Assembly (NCBI GenBank): GCA_963721805.1
Contig: CAVRJY010000001.1
Coordinates: forward strand, 960,001 to 1,024,000
DNA from: Nitrospirota bacterium
Lineage (GTDB): Bacteria > Nitrospirota > Thermodesulfovibrionia > Thermodesulfovibrionales > JdFR-86
Direction of reading: 5' to 3'
Length of the DNA stretch: 64,000 nt
Every line of letters starts with the position of its first letter. Position 1 is the first letter of the stretch. The notes beneath the pieces were generated by a model that was given only the letters and a program-made list of their open reading frames with translations, was not told where the DNA came from and ran no database searches. Positions 1-8,915 of the stretch are shown piece by piece. Position numbers and translations under genes: made by a program.

Positions 1-674
1 TCGAAGAGCCCGAGGATGTCGTGCATCACTAGCACCTGCCCGTCGCAGTGCGGCCCCGCGCCGATGCCTATCGTCGGGATCGTGAGCGCCTTCGTTATCT
101 CGGCCGCGAGGTCCATCGGGATCGCCTCTAGCACGAGCGCGAACGCCCCGGCGTCCTCTACGGCGCGGGCCTCGTCCATGAGCTTGCGACGGGCCTCGTC
201 TGATTTGCCCTGCACCTTGTAGCCGCCCATGCGGTGCACGGCCTGGGGCGTGAGCCCGATATGGGCCATCACGGGGATCTCGGCGCGGAGCATCGCGCGG
301 ATATGCTCGGTGAGTTCGGAGCCGCCTTCGAGTTTGACCGCCTGCGCCCCGCCTTCTTTGATAAAACGCCCGGCGTTGCGAACGGCGTCTTCGACCGATA
401 TTTGATATGACATGTAGGGCATGTCGCCTATGACCATCGAGTTCTGCGCGGCGCGGCTGACGATGCGCGTGTGGTATATCATCTCGTCCATCGTCACGGG
501 CAGGGTGTTCTCCAGCCCCTGAACGACCATCGCGAGCGAGTCGCCGACCAGAATAGCATCCACCCCGGCCTCGTCCATTATGCGAGCGAACGGGAAGTCG
601 TAGGCAGTCAACATAGCAATACGCTTACCCTGTGACTTTTTCGCTATCAGGTCGTTAATCGTAACTCTTGGCAT
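1..674 (-). CDS. panB: 3-methyl-2-oxobutanoate hydroxymethyltransferase (3' end runs off window)
   Basis: Manual translation from ATG at 674: [50 protein letters not shown]..., the PanB signature; absent from the ORF track because it is truncated. Confidence 0.95.
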   Translation of the reverse strand, partial: MPRVTINDLIAKKSQGKRIAMLTAYDFPFARIMDEAGVDAILVGDSLAMVVQGLENTLPVTMDEMIYHTRIVSRAAQNSMVIGDMPYMSYQISVEDAVRNAGRFIKEGGAQAVKLEGGSELTEHIRAMLRAEIPVMAHIGLTPQAVHRMGGYKVQGKSDEARRKLMDEARAVEDAGAFALVLEAIPMDLAAEITKALTIPTIGIGAGPHCDGQVLVMHDILGLF

Positions 675-712
675 GGTGAAATAATTTTAGCATTTTTGGG
701 GCAGGTGGGTGG

Positions 713-836
713 AAAGCCGCGCTAAATTGCCTGATACGTTGTCGCGCCATCGCCCTCACGCCCTCAGAGTACGCCCAAGTACACTTGCGGGCGGAGGGCT
801 CGCCGCTCCTAGTCTGAGCCTAATTTATCGCGCTTT
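713..836 (+). repeat. ~122-bp palindromic MITE/REP-like element, copy A (left end of island 1)
   Basis: Ends AAAGCCGCGCTAAAT...ATTTATCGCGCTTT, central GTAC-N6-GTAC; aligns with copies at 4682, 49700 and 51824. Confidence 0.85.
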
Positions 837-923
837 GATGTTGCTATGTTCCTAATCGCGCGAGCGGTCAACGGCATTGATTGGAGCGGCCAAGCCGCTG
901 GACCCTCGCGCCCCCGTGGATTA

Positions 924-2411
924 TTAACACCGATCGATCAATTCCTCTATGAATGGAATGAACGATTCAGGTACTAGATCAGAGATTTTTGTGTTATAGA
1001 TATTCATACTTACAATATGTATTATTTCTTTGGGCAACTCTTTTAATTCAAAAGGGAACGGCTCTGGACGAAAATCTCTTCTTCGACCAATAGGATTATG
1101 ACTTGCTTCCAGTTTTATCCACTTGCCATAAATCTCATCCTCGCCTGAAACAAGAATTAGGTTGAATCCCCTTCCGCTCCCAGTTTTTAAGTACCCCCAT
1201 GCTATTATGGTCATATTATTAACTACATAATTCCTGCTAACCCGTTCTATCATAACTTCAATTTGTTCCTTAGGACGGGTAGACATTCTACCAGGATGAC
1301 TACATAGGATAGCAAATGAAAACTCGCCTCTTTTTCTGAGTTCTAATTTCATAGAATCTGATGAATCATTGAAAGCTTGTACAATTGTTCCAACCTTCGT
1401 TGCCAATTCAGTAAAGGCAAACATAATAGCACCTATTTTTTCCCTTATCCTCATCTGCTCAGCTTCTTGCTTCAATCGAAACTCTTCCTCTCTTTGCGTT
1501 TTAGTAATCGTTTTTTTAACTAAGGCGCTAATGTCATAGCCTTTTTCAGCCGGCTGTTCTGTAGACATTATTCGTGAAATTATTTCATCCCATGAGGAAT
1601 ACCTCTCTTCTGGTCTCTTGGCGATCATTTTCATAATTAACTGCGTCAGATTTAAATCAAGTGATGTATTAATTGTGTTTGGAAGTGTTGGTAATTGTGT
1701 AAGATGAGCATTTCTCCATGCCTCAATAATATCGCCAACTGCTTTAACTTCAAGTGGGTGTCGCAATGTCGCAAGTTCATAAAAAACTATACCCATTGAG
1801 TAAATATCCATGCTTATGGTATTTTTCTCAGAGCGCAAAGCCTCTGGAGCAGAGTATTTAATATGTTGAATGCCTTTGAATGTTGAAGACCGAGTTGCTG
1901 CATTTACTGCTTTTGAAAGACCAAAATCAGAAATCTTTAGCATTGATTCCTTCAATAATATATTGTCAGGCTTGATGTCTCTATGGATGACTTTATCATT
2001 TATTGCTTTCATTCCAGATGACAATTGTAAAAATAAATCACGAAGCTCTTTATTGCTTAACAAATGATTCGCATCCTTTTGACGCTTAATAATATCTAAC
2101 AATGTTCCGTCCGAAGCATACTCCATAATCAGATAGGGAGGAAGATGGCTATACGTATTGCCATCATGAAAGAAATATGCTTTTATTACATTCTCATGGT
2201 CGATTGTTACGGAAAGTTTAGCTTCATTAATTAAAGCCGCCAACTGGTCATTATTCAATGAGGCTGTAATGATTGTCTTCAGAGCATACTCGTCACCATT
2301 TGCTGTTGCTATCTTAAAGACTTGTCCAAAACTGCCATTATCCAAAAAACTAATCACACGTAGCTCTTCACCGTTTGAGCCATAAACTATACCATCTGGT
2401 CTTATATCCAT
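924..2411 (-). CDS. Hanks-type Ser/Thr protein kinase with uncharacterised C-terminal domain (AT-rich cargo)
   Basis: GSFGQV, ALK, IHRDIKPDN, DFG and APE motifs; no TM segment seen; strongly AT-rich relative to flanks. Confidence 0.92.
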   Translation of the reverse strand: MDIRPDGIVYGSNGEELRVISFLDNGSFGQVFKIATANGDEYALKTIITASLNNDQLAALINEAKLSVTIDHENVIKAYFFHDGNTYSHLPPYLIMEYASDGTLLDIIKRQKDANHLLSNKELRDLFLQLSSGMKAINDKVIHRDIKPDNILLKESMLKISDFGLSKAVNAATRSSTFKGIQHIKYSAPEALRSEKNTISMDIYSMGIVFYELATLRHPLEVKAVGDIIEAWRNAHLTQLPTLPNTINTSLDLNLTQLIMKMIAKRPEERYSSWDEIISRIMSTEQPAEKGYDISALVKKTITKTQREEEFRLKQEAEQMRIREKIGAIMFAFTELATKVGTIVQAFNDSSDSMKLELRKRGEFSFAILCSHPGRMSTRPKEQIEVMIERVSRNYVVNNMTIIAWGYLKTGSGRGFNLILVSGEDEIYGKWIKLEASHNPIGRRRDFRPEPFPFELKELPKEIIHIVSMNIYNTKISDLVPESFIPFIEELIDRC

Positions 2412-2527
2412 AACACACTCCTAATAATTGGATGAATTTATGTTACTACAAAATCAAGATAATATTGACAGTTGCGATTGTCGATAGAAATTTGTTCATG
2501 AATATGCTCCCCCCATACCACACCTCT

Positions 2528-3111
2528 CCGGAACTGGCCAATAGGAACCAGTTCCCAGGAATCGCCTCATGCGTCGTCACAGCACAAAGCGATTCTCAGC
2601 GTATCTGCGATAAGCTTGCGGTCGTTCTGTGCTATGCCTCGTATGATGCGATTTGATCATATATCACTATCTGTGAGCTTACTAACTATGGTTAGTTTAT
2701 AAACCGCATAACACAAAAGCCCGGAACTGGTTCCTAGGAACCAGTTCCCAAGAATCGCCTCATGCGTCGTCACAGCACAAACGATCCTCAGCGTATCTGC
2801 GATAAGCTTGCGGTCGTTTTGTGCTGTTCCTTGTATGATGCGATTTGATCATATATCACTATCTGTGAGCTTACTAACTATGGTTAGTTTATAAACCGCA
2901 TAACACAAAACCCCGGAACTGGCCAATAGGAACTGGTGCCCAGGAATCGCCTCATACGTCGTCACAGCACAAAGCGATCCTCAGCGTATCTGCGATAAGC
3001 TTGCGGTCGTTTTGTGCTCTGCCTAGTATGATGCGATTTGATCATATATCACTATCTGTGAGCTTACTAACTATGGTTAGTTTATAAACCGCATACCACA
3101 AAAGCCCGGAA
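2528..3111. repeat. Tandem array of three near-identical units (193, 192, 193 bp) plus the start of a fourth
   Basis: Units start CCGGAA at 2528, 2721, 2913 and 3106 and differ at only a few positions. Confidence 0.95.
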
Positions 3112-4311
3112 TGTAAAGGTTACGCTCTTACCGGACAGTATCAGGCTGGAAAAAGCAGGCGGCAGCCAGCCCTTCCATCGGTTAGAATGTTTCACCACAA
3201 AACACAGACCGAAGGAGGAAGGGCATGACTGCCAAAGAAAAGATATCACAAGGGAGGCTTTCAATGCTTCAGCTGGCCGAGAGGCTCAGGAACGTGTCGG
3301 AGGCCTGTCGCCGCCGGGGGGTGAGCCGCAGCCAGTTTTACGAGTACAAGCGGGCGTTTCAGGAGCAGGGGTTTGCGGGGCTCGCGGACCTTCCGCCGAT
3401 AGCGCGTAGCTGTCCCCACAAGACGCCTGAGGAGGCCCGCAAGCGAGTGATCGAGATGAGCCTTGCTCACCCCCGGTGGGGGAAGCAGCGCATCTTCGAG
3501 CACCTGCTTCTGGAGGGCATATTGGTGCGTCCCTCAACTGTGTATCGCATCCAGGTTCGCGAGGGGCTGGAGTCGAAGGCCAAGCGCATCCTCCGGCTTG
3601 AGCAGGAGGCTAACGGCAAGGAGATCGAGCTAACGGAGGAGCAGGTCAAGCTCATCGAGCGGGCCAATCCGTGCTTCAGGGAAAGGCATGTGGAGAGCGC
3701 ATATCCGGGCTATCTGCTCAGCCAGGACACCTTCACGGTGGGCAAGCTCAAGGGCATCGGGACCGTGTATCTGCAGGCCGTGGTGGACACGTACGGCTCT
3801 TATGCCTTCGGCAAGCTGTACACGTCGAAGAGGCCCGAGACGGCGGCCGACGTGCTCTACGACCGCGTGCTGCCGTTTTACGAGGACCATGGCATCAGGG
3901 TCCAGCATGTCCTGACGGACAACGGCTCGGAGTACTGCGGCAAGCTGCTGCGGCATCCGTACGAGCTGTTTCTGGCGCTTCACGACATCGCGCATCGAAG
4001 GACGAAGGTGGCGACACCGAGGACAAACGGATTCGTGGAGCGGTTTAATCGCACCATCCTGGACGAGTTCTTCTCGGAGACGTTCAGGTACCGGTTCTAC
4101 GCATCGCTCGATGAGCTGCAGTATGACCTCGACCGGTGGCTGCACCACTACAACAACGAGCGCCCTCACAAGGGCTATCGCAACATGGGCAGACGGCCAA
4201 TAGAAACTATCGAGCTGGGCAAAAAGCTAAGACAGAAAGCTGAGGAGGAGGCCGCCTGATCAGTGCGACCGATGAGATGGAAAACTGTCCGGAGAGCACT
4301 GGACTTTTACA
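3112..4311 (+). mobile_element. IS481-family insertion sequence, 1200 bp, 8-bp target duplication GCCCGGAA
   Basis: TGT...ACA ends; 28-bp imperfect TIRs (TGTAAAGGTTACGCTCTTACCGGACAGT / TGTAAAAGTCCAGTGCTCTCCGGACAGT); GCCCGGAA at 3104-3111 and 4312-4319. Confidence 0.93.
3225..4259 (+). CDS. IS481-family DDE transposase
   Basis: N-terminal HTH (NVSEACRRRGVSR), QDTF, LTDNGSEY, TNGFVERFNRT, YNNERPH; GGAGG RBS. Confidence 0.95.
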   Translation: MTAKEKISQGRLSMLQLAERLRNVSEACRRRGVSRSQFYEYKRAFQEQGFAGLADLPPIARSCPHKTPEEARKRVIEMSLAHPRWGKQRIFEHLLLEGILVRPSTVYRIQVREGLESKAKRILRLEQEANGKEIELTEEQVKLIERANPCFRERHVESAYPGYLLSQDTFTVGKLKGIGTVYLQAVVDTYGSYAFGKLYTSKRPETAADVLYDRVLPFYEDHGIRVQHVLTDNGSEYCGKLLRHPYELFLALHDIAHRRTKVATPRTNGFVERFNRTILDEFFSETFRYRFYASLDELQYDLDRWLHHYNNERPHKGYRNMGRRPIETIELGKKLRQKAEEEAA

Positions 4312-4314
4312 GCC

Positions 4315-4382
4315 CGGAACTGGTCAATGGGAACTGGTTCCCAGGAACCAGTTCCCAGGAATCGGTTCCCATGGACTGGTTC
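4315..4382. repeat. About five tandem ~14-bp GGAAC(T/C)(G/A)GTTCC-like quasi-palindromes
   Basis: GGAACTGGTCAATG-GGAACTGGTTCCCA-GGAACCAGTTCCCA-GGAATCGGTTCCCA-TGGACTGGTTCC; the same motif heads each 193-bp unit. Confidence 0.85.
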
Positions 4383-4681
4383 CGCCTTTTGGTTCTATCA
4401 TCGCGCATGATGAATATAACGACAACAATAGTAAGACCAACAGATGTTAGAAAAACGACTTGTGTGGGCAGGGGATATGGCGGTGGGTCAAACGAAAAAC
4501 GTTTCTGAACGCCTAAACACTGAGGTGCGGAGAAAGCGCTTATTTTCCGCTGGGTTGGACTGTTTTTTCTCTGTTCATTTGAACGCTCTAAAAAAATACG
4601 CGCGGCCGCGCGCGGTATGTGTAACTATAGTAAGCCGTTGACCGCGAGGCGCGGAGGCAGCGGCTGTGCCGCGCACTTCGC

Positions 4682-4803
4682 AAAGCGCGATAAATCGCGT
4701 CAGACTAGGAACGGCGAGAAGGCCGACCGCAGGTGTACTGTGACGTACTCCGAGGGAGCGGCTTCGAGCCGTGACAACGTATCACGCGACTTTAGCGCGC
4801 TTT
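4682..4803 (-). repeat. ~122-bp palindromic element, copy B (right end of island 1, inverted relative to A)
   Basis: Reverse complement reads AAAGCGCGCTAAAGTCGCGTGATACGTTGTCACGG...GTACGTCACAGTACAC...CCTAGTCTGACGCGATTTATCGCGCTTT. Confidence 0.88.
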
Positions 4804-5378
4804 CACTTCTTGCACTTCGGAAACTCCCCGCTGCCAAAGCCGGGGTATGCTTTCCACTCGCTCGGTGCGGTCGGGTTCGTGACTTTGGGCCATACCTCCG
4901 GACGCGGGTCGGGTCCCTCATCCCCGGTAGGCGCGCAGTCGCCGAGCCGCGGATTGCGGGATACGTCGACGCCGGGTATGGGTGTGGTGAACTCCACGGC
5001 CACGCCGTGTGGGTCGAAGCAGTAGATCGAGTGGATGAAGCCGTGGTCTATGACCATAGATACCCAAATACCGGCGGCCTCGATGCGGTCGCGGATCTCG
5101 TAGAGCGCGGCCTCGTCCTCGACACCGATCGCGATGTGGTCAAAGGCGAACGGCCCGGTAGTCGGGACGCCGTGCTCCTTTTCCTTGATCGGCTCGATGC
5201 CGGGCCACTCGAAGAAGGCGAGCATGCAGCGGTCCGCGACCTCGACGAAGTAGACCTTGCCGCCGGTATCGCCGAACGAGACGCGCACGGGCATGCCGAG
5301 CAGGTCGCGCCAGAAGCGGAGCGTCTCGCCGAGGTTGCCGGTGGCGATAGCGACGTGGTGTGTGCCGGTGTACCTCAT
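4803..5378 (-). CDS. VOC/glyoxalase family protein
   Basis: HHVAI...FW..LLG, FDHIAI, SIYCFDPHGVAVE motifs. Confidence 0.85.
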   Translation of the reverse strand: MRYTGTHHVAIATGNLGETLRFWRDLLGMPVRVSFGDTGGKVYFVEVADRCMLAFFEWPGIEPIKEKEHGVPTTGPFAFDHIAIGVEDEAALYEIRDRIEAAGIWVSMVIDHGFIHSIYCFDPHGVAVEFTTPIPGVDVSRNPRLGDCAPTGDEGPDPRPEVWPKVTNPTAPSEWKAYPGFGSGEFPKCKK

Positions 5379-5478
5379 GGCCCATTATATCGCATTTCCG
5401 GCGGGCTGACGAGGGGGCATCCGTTGAATGCTTTGTGATAGAATAAATTTGCGAAAAATCACTGAGAGGTGGCGGCTT

Positions 5479-5718
5479 ATGAAGCAAACCCTGGCGTTCA
5501 TAATATTCGTGCTCGTGGTGGTCGGCCTGCTGTATTCGATATCGGGCGACAAGTCGCCGCGCATTCCGGACACCGAGGCCCACCGCGTGGTGGACAACAA
5601 CCAGATCTGCATGGGCTGCCACGGCCCCGGCAAGGAGCAAGCCCTCAAGCCGAACCATCCGCCCAAGGACAACTGCATCTACTGCCACAAGACCAAGCGC
5701 TTCAGGAATATCAAATAA
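5479..5718 (+). CDS. Small membrane-anchored di-haem c-type cytochrome
   Basis: N-terminal hydrophobic helix, CMGCH and CIYCH; GAGG RBS before ATG 5479. Confidence 0.8.
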   Translation: MKQTLAFIIFVLVVVGLLYSISGDKSPRIPDTEAHRVVDNNQICMGCHGPGKEQALKPNHPPKDNCIYCHKTKRFRNIK

Positions 5719-5969
5719 TGCCAGACCGCCTGACAGTGATAAAGCCGAAGACCGCGAAGGAGGTGGCGAAGTACCTCAAGCCCCCGCTGTCGAAGGTCTC
5801 GGCCGTGATCTACTTCGCGGAGAAGGACAACAGGGCATTCCTGCTGGACGCCGAGGGCGGGCTATCCTCGAAGGCCGAATACAGGCTCTCGAAGCCGTTT
5901 GAGTCGCTGGGCGCGAGGATCGAGCGCATCACGATACTGACGATGGAAGCCAACGTAAAGGACGACTAG
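5718..5969 (+). CDS. Hypothetical protein (83 aa)
   Basis: TAATG overlap with the cytochrome stop; host-like codon usage. Confidence 0.6.
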   Translation: MPDRLTVIKPKTAKEVAKYLKPPLSKVSAVIYFAEKDNRAFLLDAEGGLSSKAEYRLSKPFESLGARIERITILTMEANVKDD

Positions 5970-5981
5970 GGGGCCGGCCCC

Positions 5982-6572
5982 TCAGGCGTCTGACGCGGGG
6001 CCCTTGGGGCCCGAGATCCCGCCCGACAGGAGAAACGACATCACCTCTCCGCTTTCCGCCTTGATCGGCCTCACCTGAGAGCGCTTGACTATGATCAGGT
6101 AGCCCGAGTAGTTGTAGGACTGCGGCAGGTAGACCGAGACCATCCCGTCAAGCCCCATGTGCGAGAGGTCCTCGCGGGTCATAAACCCGATGACCCCTGC
6201 GCCGGGCTCGGGGCCGAGCTGGACGTATACGGGCTGGTTGAAGCCCTTCTTCTCCCCGACGAACGCGCCGGTGAGGTCGCGGATCGAGGCGTAGATCATC
6301 TTTACGAGCGGCAGGCGCGTGAAGATCATATCGATGAAGCTCATCACGCGCCTGTTGAGGAGGTGCGAGGCGATGACGCCTACGAGCGTTATCACCAAGA
6401 CGCTTATCGCGATGCCCATGCCCGGGAACGGGAACTCGTACAGGCGGTCGATCCTTGAGACTATGAGGTATACGATGTATATGGTGCCGATGATCGGGAC
6501 CATGAACAGCAGGCCCTTGAAGAAATACCTCGTAAGCGCTCTCAGCACGGCGTCCTCCTTTATAAGGTGCAA
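5982..6572 (-). CDS. DUF502 family membrane protein
   Basis: GLLFMVPIIGT, RLPLVKMIY, VYLPQSYNYSG pattern; start uncertain. Confidence 0.8.
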   Translation of the reverse strand: MHLIKEDAVLRALTRYFFKGLLFMVPIIGTIYIVYLIVSRIDRLYEFPFPGMGIAISVLVITLVGVIASHLLNRRVMSFIDMIFTRLPLVKMIYASIRDLTGAFVGEKKGFNQPVYVQLGPEPGAGVIGFMTREDLSHMGLDGMVSVYLPQSYNYSGYLIIVKRSQVRPIKAESGEVMSFLLSGGISGPKGPASDA

Positions 6573-6613
6573 ATATCATACATCACGGGGAGCGAGTATT
6601 GGTACAATAGCCG

Positions 6614-7738
6614 ATGGAACTTGATGCAGCGATCAGGCGCGAGATAGCCGCGCGCGGGCCGGTCACGTTTGAGCGGTTCATGGAGATGGCGCTATACGAG
6701 CCCTCCCTGGGGTATTACGCCTCGGCCTCGGCCGAGATCGGCTGCGCGGGGGACTTCTACACGAGCCCGCACCTGCATCCGATCTTCGGGGCGATGATCG
6801 GCAGGCAGGTGCAGGAGTGCTGGGAGGCGATGGGCCGGCCCGAGCACTTCGATATAGTCGAGGCCGGGGCCGGGCGCGGCTACCTCTGCCATGACACGCT
6901 TAAGTACCTGCAAGGCCGCGAGATATTCGACGCGCTCACTTACGCGATAGTCGAGCTGAATCCAACGATGGCCTCGCGGCAGCGCGAACTCCTCGGGCCG
7001 CTCGGCGCGAAGGTGCGCTGGGCCGCGTCGATCAGGGAACTTGGCGGCATCCGTGGCGCGGTCATATCCAACGAACTCATAGACGCCTTTCCGGTGCACG
7101 CTGTAACCTGGCGCGAGGGCGGGCTCCGTGAGATCCATGTCACGGTCGAGGACGGAAGACTCACTGAGGTCGAACTCCCTCCGAGCACGCCGCGGTTGAC
7201 GGAGCACCTTGACGAGTTCGGGATAACGCTCCCGGAGGGCTACCGCACAGAGATCAACCTCAGGGCGAAGGGCTGGCTCGGGGAGGTCTCGGAGGCGCTT
7301 ACGGAGGGCTTCGTGCTCACGATAGACTATGGCCACACAGGCCGCGCGTACTATGACGAGGAGCGCTCGCGCGGGACGCTGATGTGCTATCACGAGCACC
7401 AGATCAACGAAGACCCGTATATCAACATCGGCAGGCAGGACATCACCTCTCACGTGGACTTTAGCGCGCTTGCGAGGTGGGGCAGGGCGCTGGAGCTCCG
7501 GACGCTCGGCTATACGCGGCAGGGGCTGTACCTGCTCTCGCTGGGGCTTGACGAGGCGATCATCGAGCTATACGGCGGCTCGCCGGATTACCAGACGGAG
7601 GCCGCAAAGGTTCTGGGCCTCGTGATGCCGGGCGCGATGGGGGACTCGCACAAGGTGCTGCTTCAGGCCAGGGGGATCGGGGCTGAGGCGGCGTTCAGGG
7701 GGTTTAAACTTCGGAACCTCGCGGCCTCGCTCGATTGA
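6614..7738 (+). CDS. SAM-dependent methyltransferase, MidA/NDUFAF7 family
   Basis: FMEMALY..GYY, GDFYTSP, EAGAGRG, SNELIDAFP, IDYG, QDITSHVDF. Confidence 0.92.
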   Translation: MELDAAIRREIAARGPVTFERFMEMALYEPSLGYYASASAEIGCAGDFYTSPHLHPIFGAMIGRQVQECWEAMGRPEHFDIVEAGAGRGYLCHDTLKYLQGREIFDALTYAIVELNPTMASRQRELLGPLGAKVRWAASIRELGGIRGAVISNELIDAFPVHAVTWREGGLREIHVTVEDGRLTEVELPPSTPRLTEHLDEFGITLPEGYRTEINLRAKGWLGEVSEALTEGFVLTIDYGHTGRAYYDEERSRGTLMCYHEHQINEDPYINIGRQDITSHVDFSALARWGRALELRTLGYTRQGLYLLSLGLDEAIIELYGGSPDYQTEAAKVLGLVMPGAMGDSHKVLLQARGIGAEAAFRGFKLRNLAASLD

Positions 7739-7804
7739 GCGGGCGGGCCGCGTTCTGATAAAATCCAGAGGTTTAGGCAGAAAATTTTCGGGGAGGGCAG
7801 GGGC

Positions 7805-8911
7805 ATGAGACATACGCTTGTGATATTGCTGATCGCGGCCGCGATATTTGCGGGCTGCGCCAAGAAAGAAGAGGCCAACGTAAAGATCGGCATAGCCGCT
7901 CCGATGACCGGCTCGCAGGCCAAGATGGGCAAGGACTTCCAAAGCGGGGCCGAACTCGCCGTAGCTGAATGGAACCAGCGCGGGGGCGTGCTCGGCAAGA
8001 AGATAGAGATAGTCCAGGGCGATGACCAGGCAGATCCCAAGCAGGCCGTCTCGGTCGCTAACAAGCTCGTAAACGACGGCGTCGCCGGCGTGGTCGGCCA
8101 CTTCAACTCGAGCTGCTCGATCCCGGCCTCGGACGTCTATAACCGCGCCTCGGTCCCGATGATCTCCCCCGGCTCGACCAACCCGCAGCTGACCGAGCGC
8201 GGATACCCCGGCGTCTTCCGCGTATGCGGCCGCGACGACCAGCAGGGCGGGGTCGCCGCAAGGTTCGTGCTCGAGCAGCTCAAGCTCAAGAAGGTCGCTG
8301 TGCTGCATGACAAGACAACGTATGGGCAGGGCCTCGCGGATGAGTTCAAAAGGAAGCTCGGCGACAAGGTCGAGGTCGTCTACTATGGCGGCATCATACA
8401 GGGCGACAAGGACTTCAAGGCCGTGCTCACGGACATCAAGACCAAGGCCCCGCAGCTGATATTCTTCGGAGGCATATACAACGAGGGCGGACAGATCGCC
8501 AAGCAGGCCAAGGAGATCGGGCTCGACGCGCCTATGATGAGCGGCGACGGCGTCTTCGACCCGCTCTATCTTCAGATCGCGGGTGATGCGGCCGAAGGCA
8601 CGTTCCTTACGTTCAGCCCCGACCCGGAGAAGATGCCCTCCTCTAAGGCGTTCATCGAGCGGTACAAAGCCAAATACGGCGAGCCCGGGCCATATTCGAT
8701 ATATGCGTATGACGCGATGAATATAATGGCTGCGGCGATCTCCGCGGCCAATTCCACGGACGGCAAGGCGATAATAGCGAAGCTCCACGGGATGACCTTC
8801 GACGGCGCGATGGGCAAGATAAAGTTCGACCCGAAGGGCGACGTCACCGCGCCGCCCTATGTGGTCTGGGTCGTCAAGGGCGGCAAGTTTCAGGAACTCT
8901 GGCGCCCGTAG
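7805..8911 (+). CDS. livK: Branched-chain amino acid ABC transporter substrate-binding lipoprotein
   Basis: Lipobox FAGC, GHFNSS, TNPQLT, YGQGLA, YAYDA. Confidence 0.92.
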   Translation: MRHTLVILLIAAAIFAGCAKKEEANVKIGIAAPMTGSQAKMGKDFQSGAELAVAEWNQRGGVLGKKIEIVQGDDQADPKQAVSVANKLVNDGVAGVVGHFNSSCSIPASDVYNRASVPMISPGSTNPQLTERGYPGVFRVCGRDDQQGGVAARFVLEQLKLKKVAVLHDKTTYGQGLADEFKRKLGDKVEVVYYGGIIQGDKDFKAVLTDIKTKAPQLIFFGGIYNEGGQIAKQAKEIGLDAPMMSGDGVFDPLYLQIAGDAAEGTFLTFSPDPEKMPSSKAFIERYKAKYGEPGPYSIYAYDAMNIMAAAISAANSTDGKAIIAKLHGMTFDGAMGKIKFDPKGDVTAPPYVVWVVKGGKFQELWRP

Positions 8912-8915
8912 CCCG

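Noticed and set aside
2577..2660. Minus-strand 27-aa ORF within each array unit (MIKSHHTR...)
   Set aside because: No clear RBS, and the frame is altered by the 1-bp deletion in unit 2.
2681..2697. Integron attC/attI site (TAAC...GTTAG)
   Set aside because: The core motifs are only 4 bp apart, there is no attC-length stem and no integrase in the window.
2528..3111. CRISPR array
   Set aside because: Sequences between the short repeats are near-identical and about 160 bp long; there are no unique spacers and no cas genes in the window.
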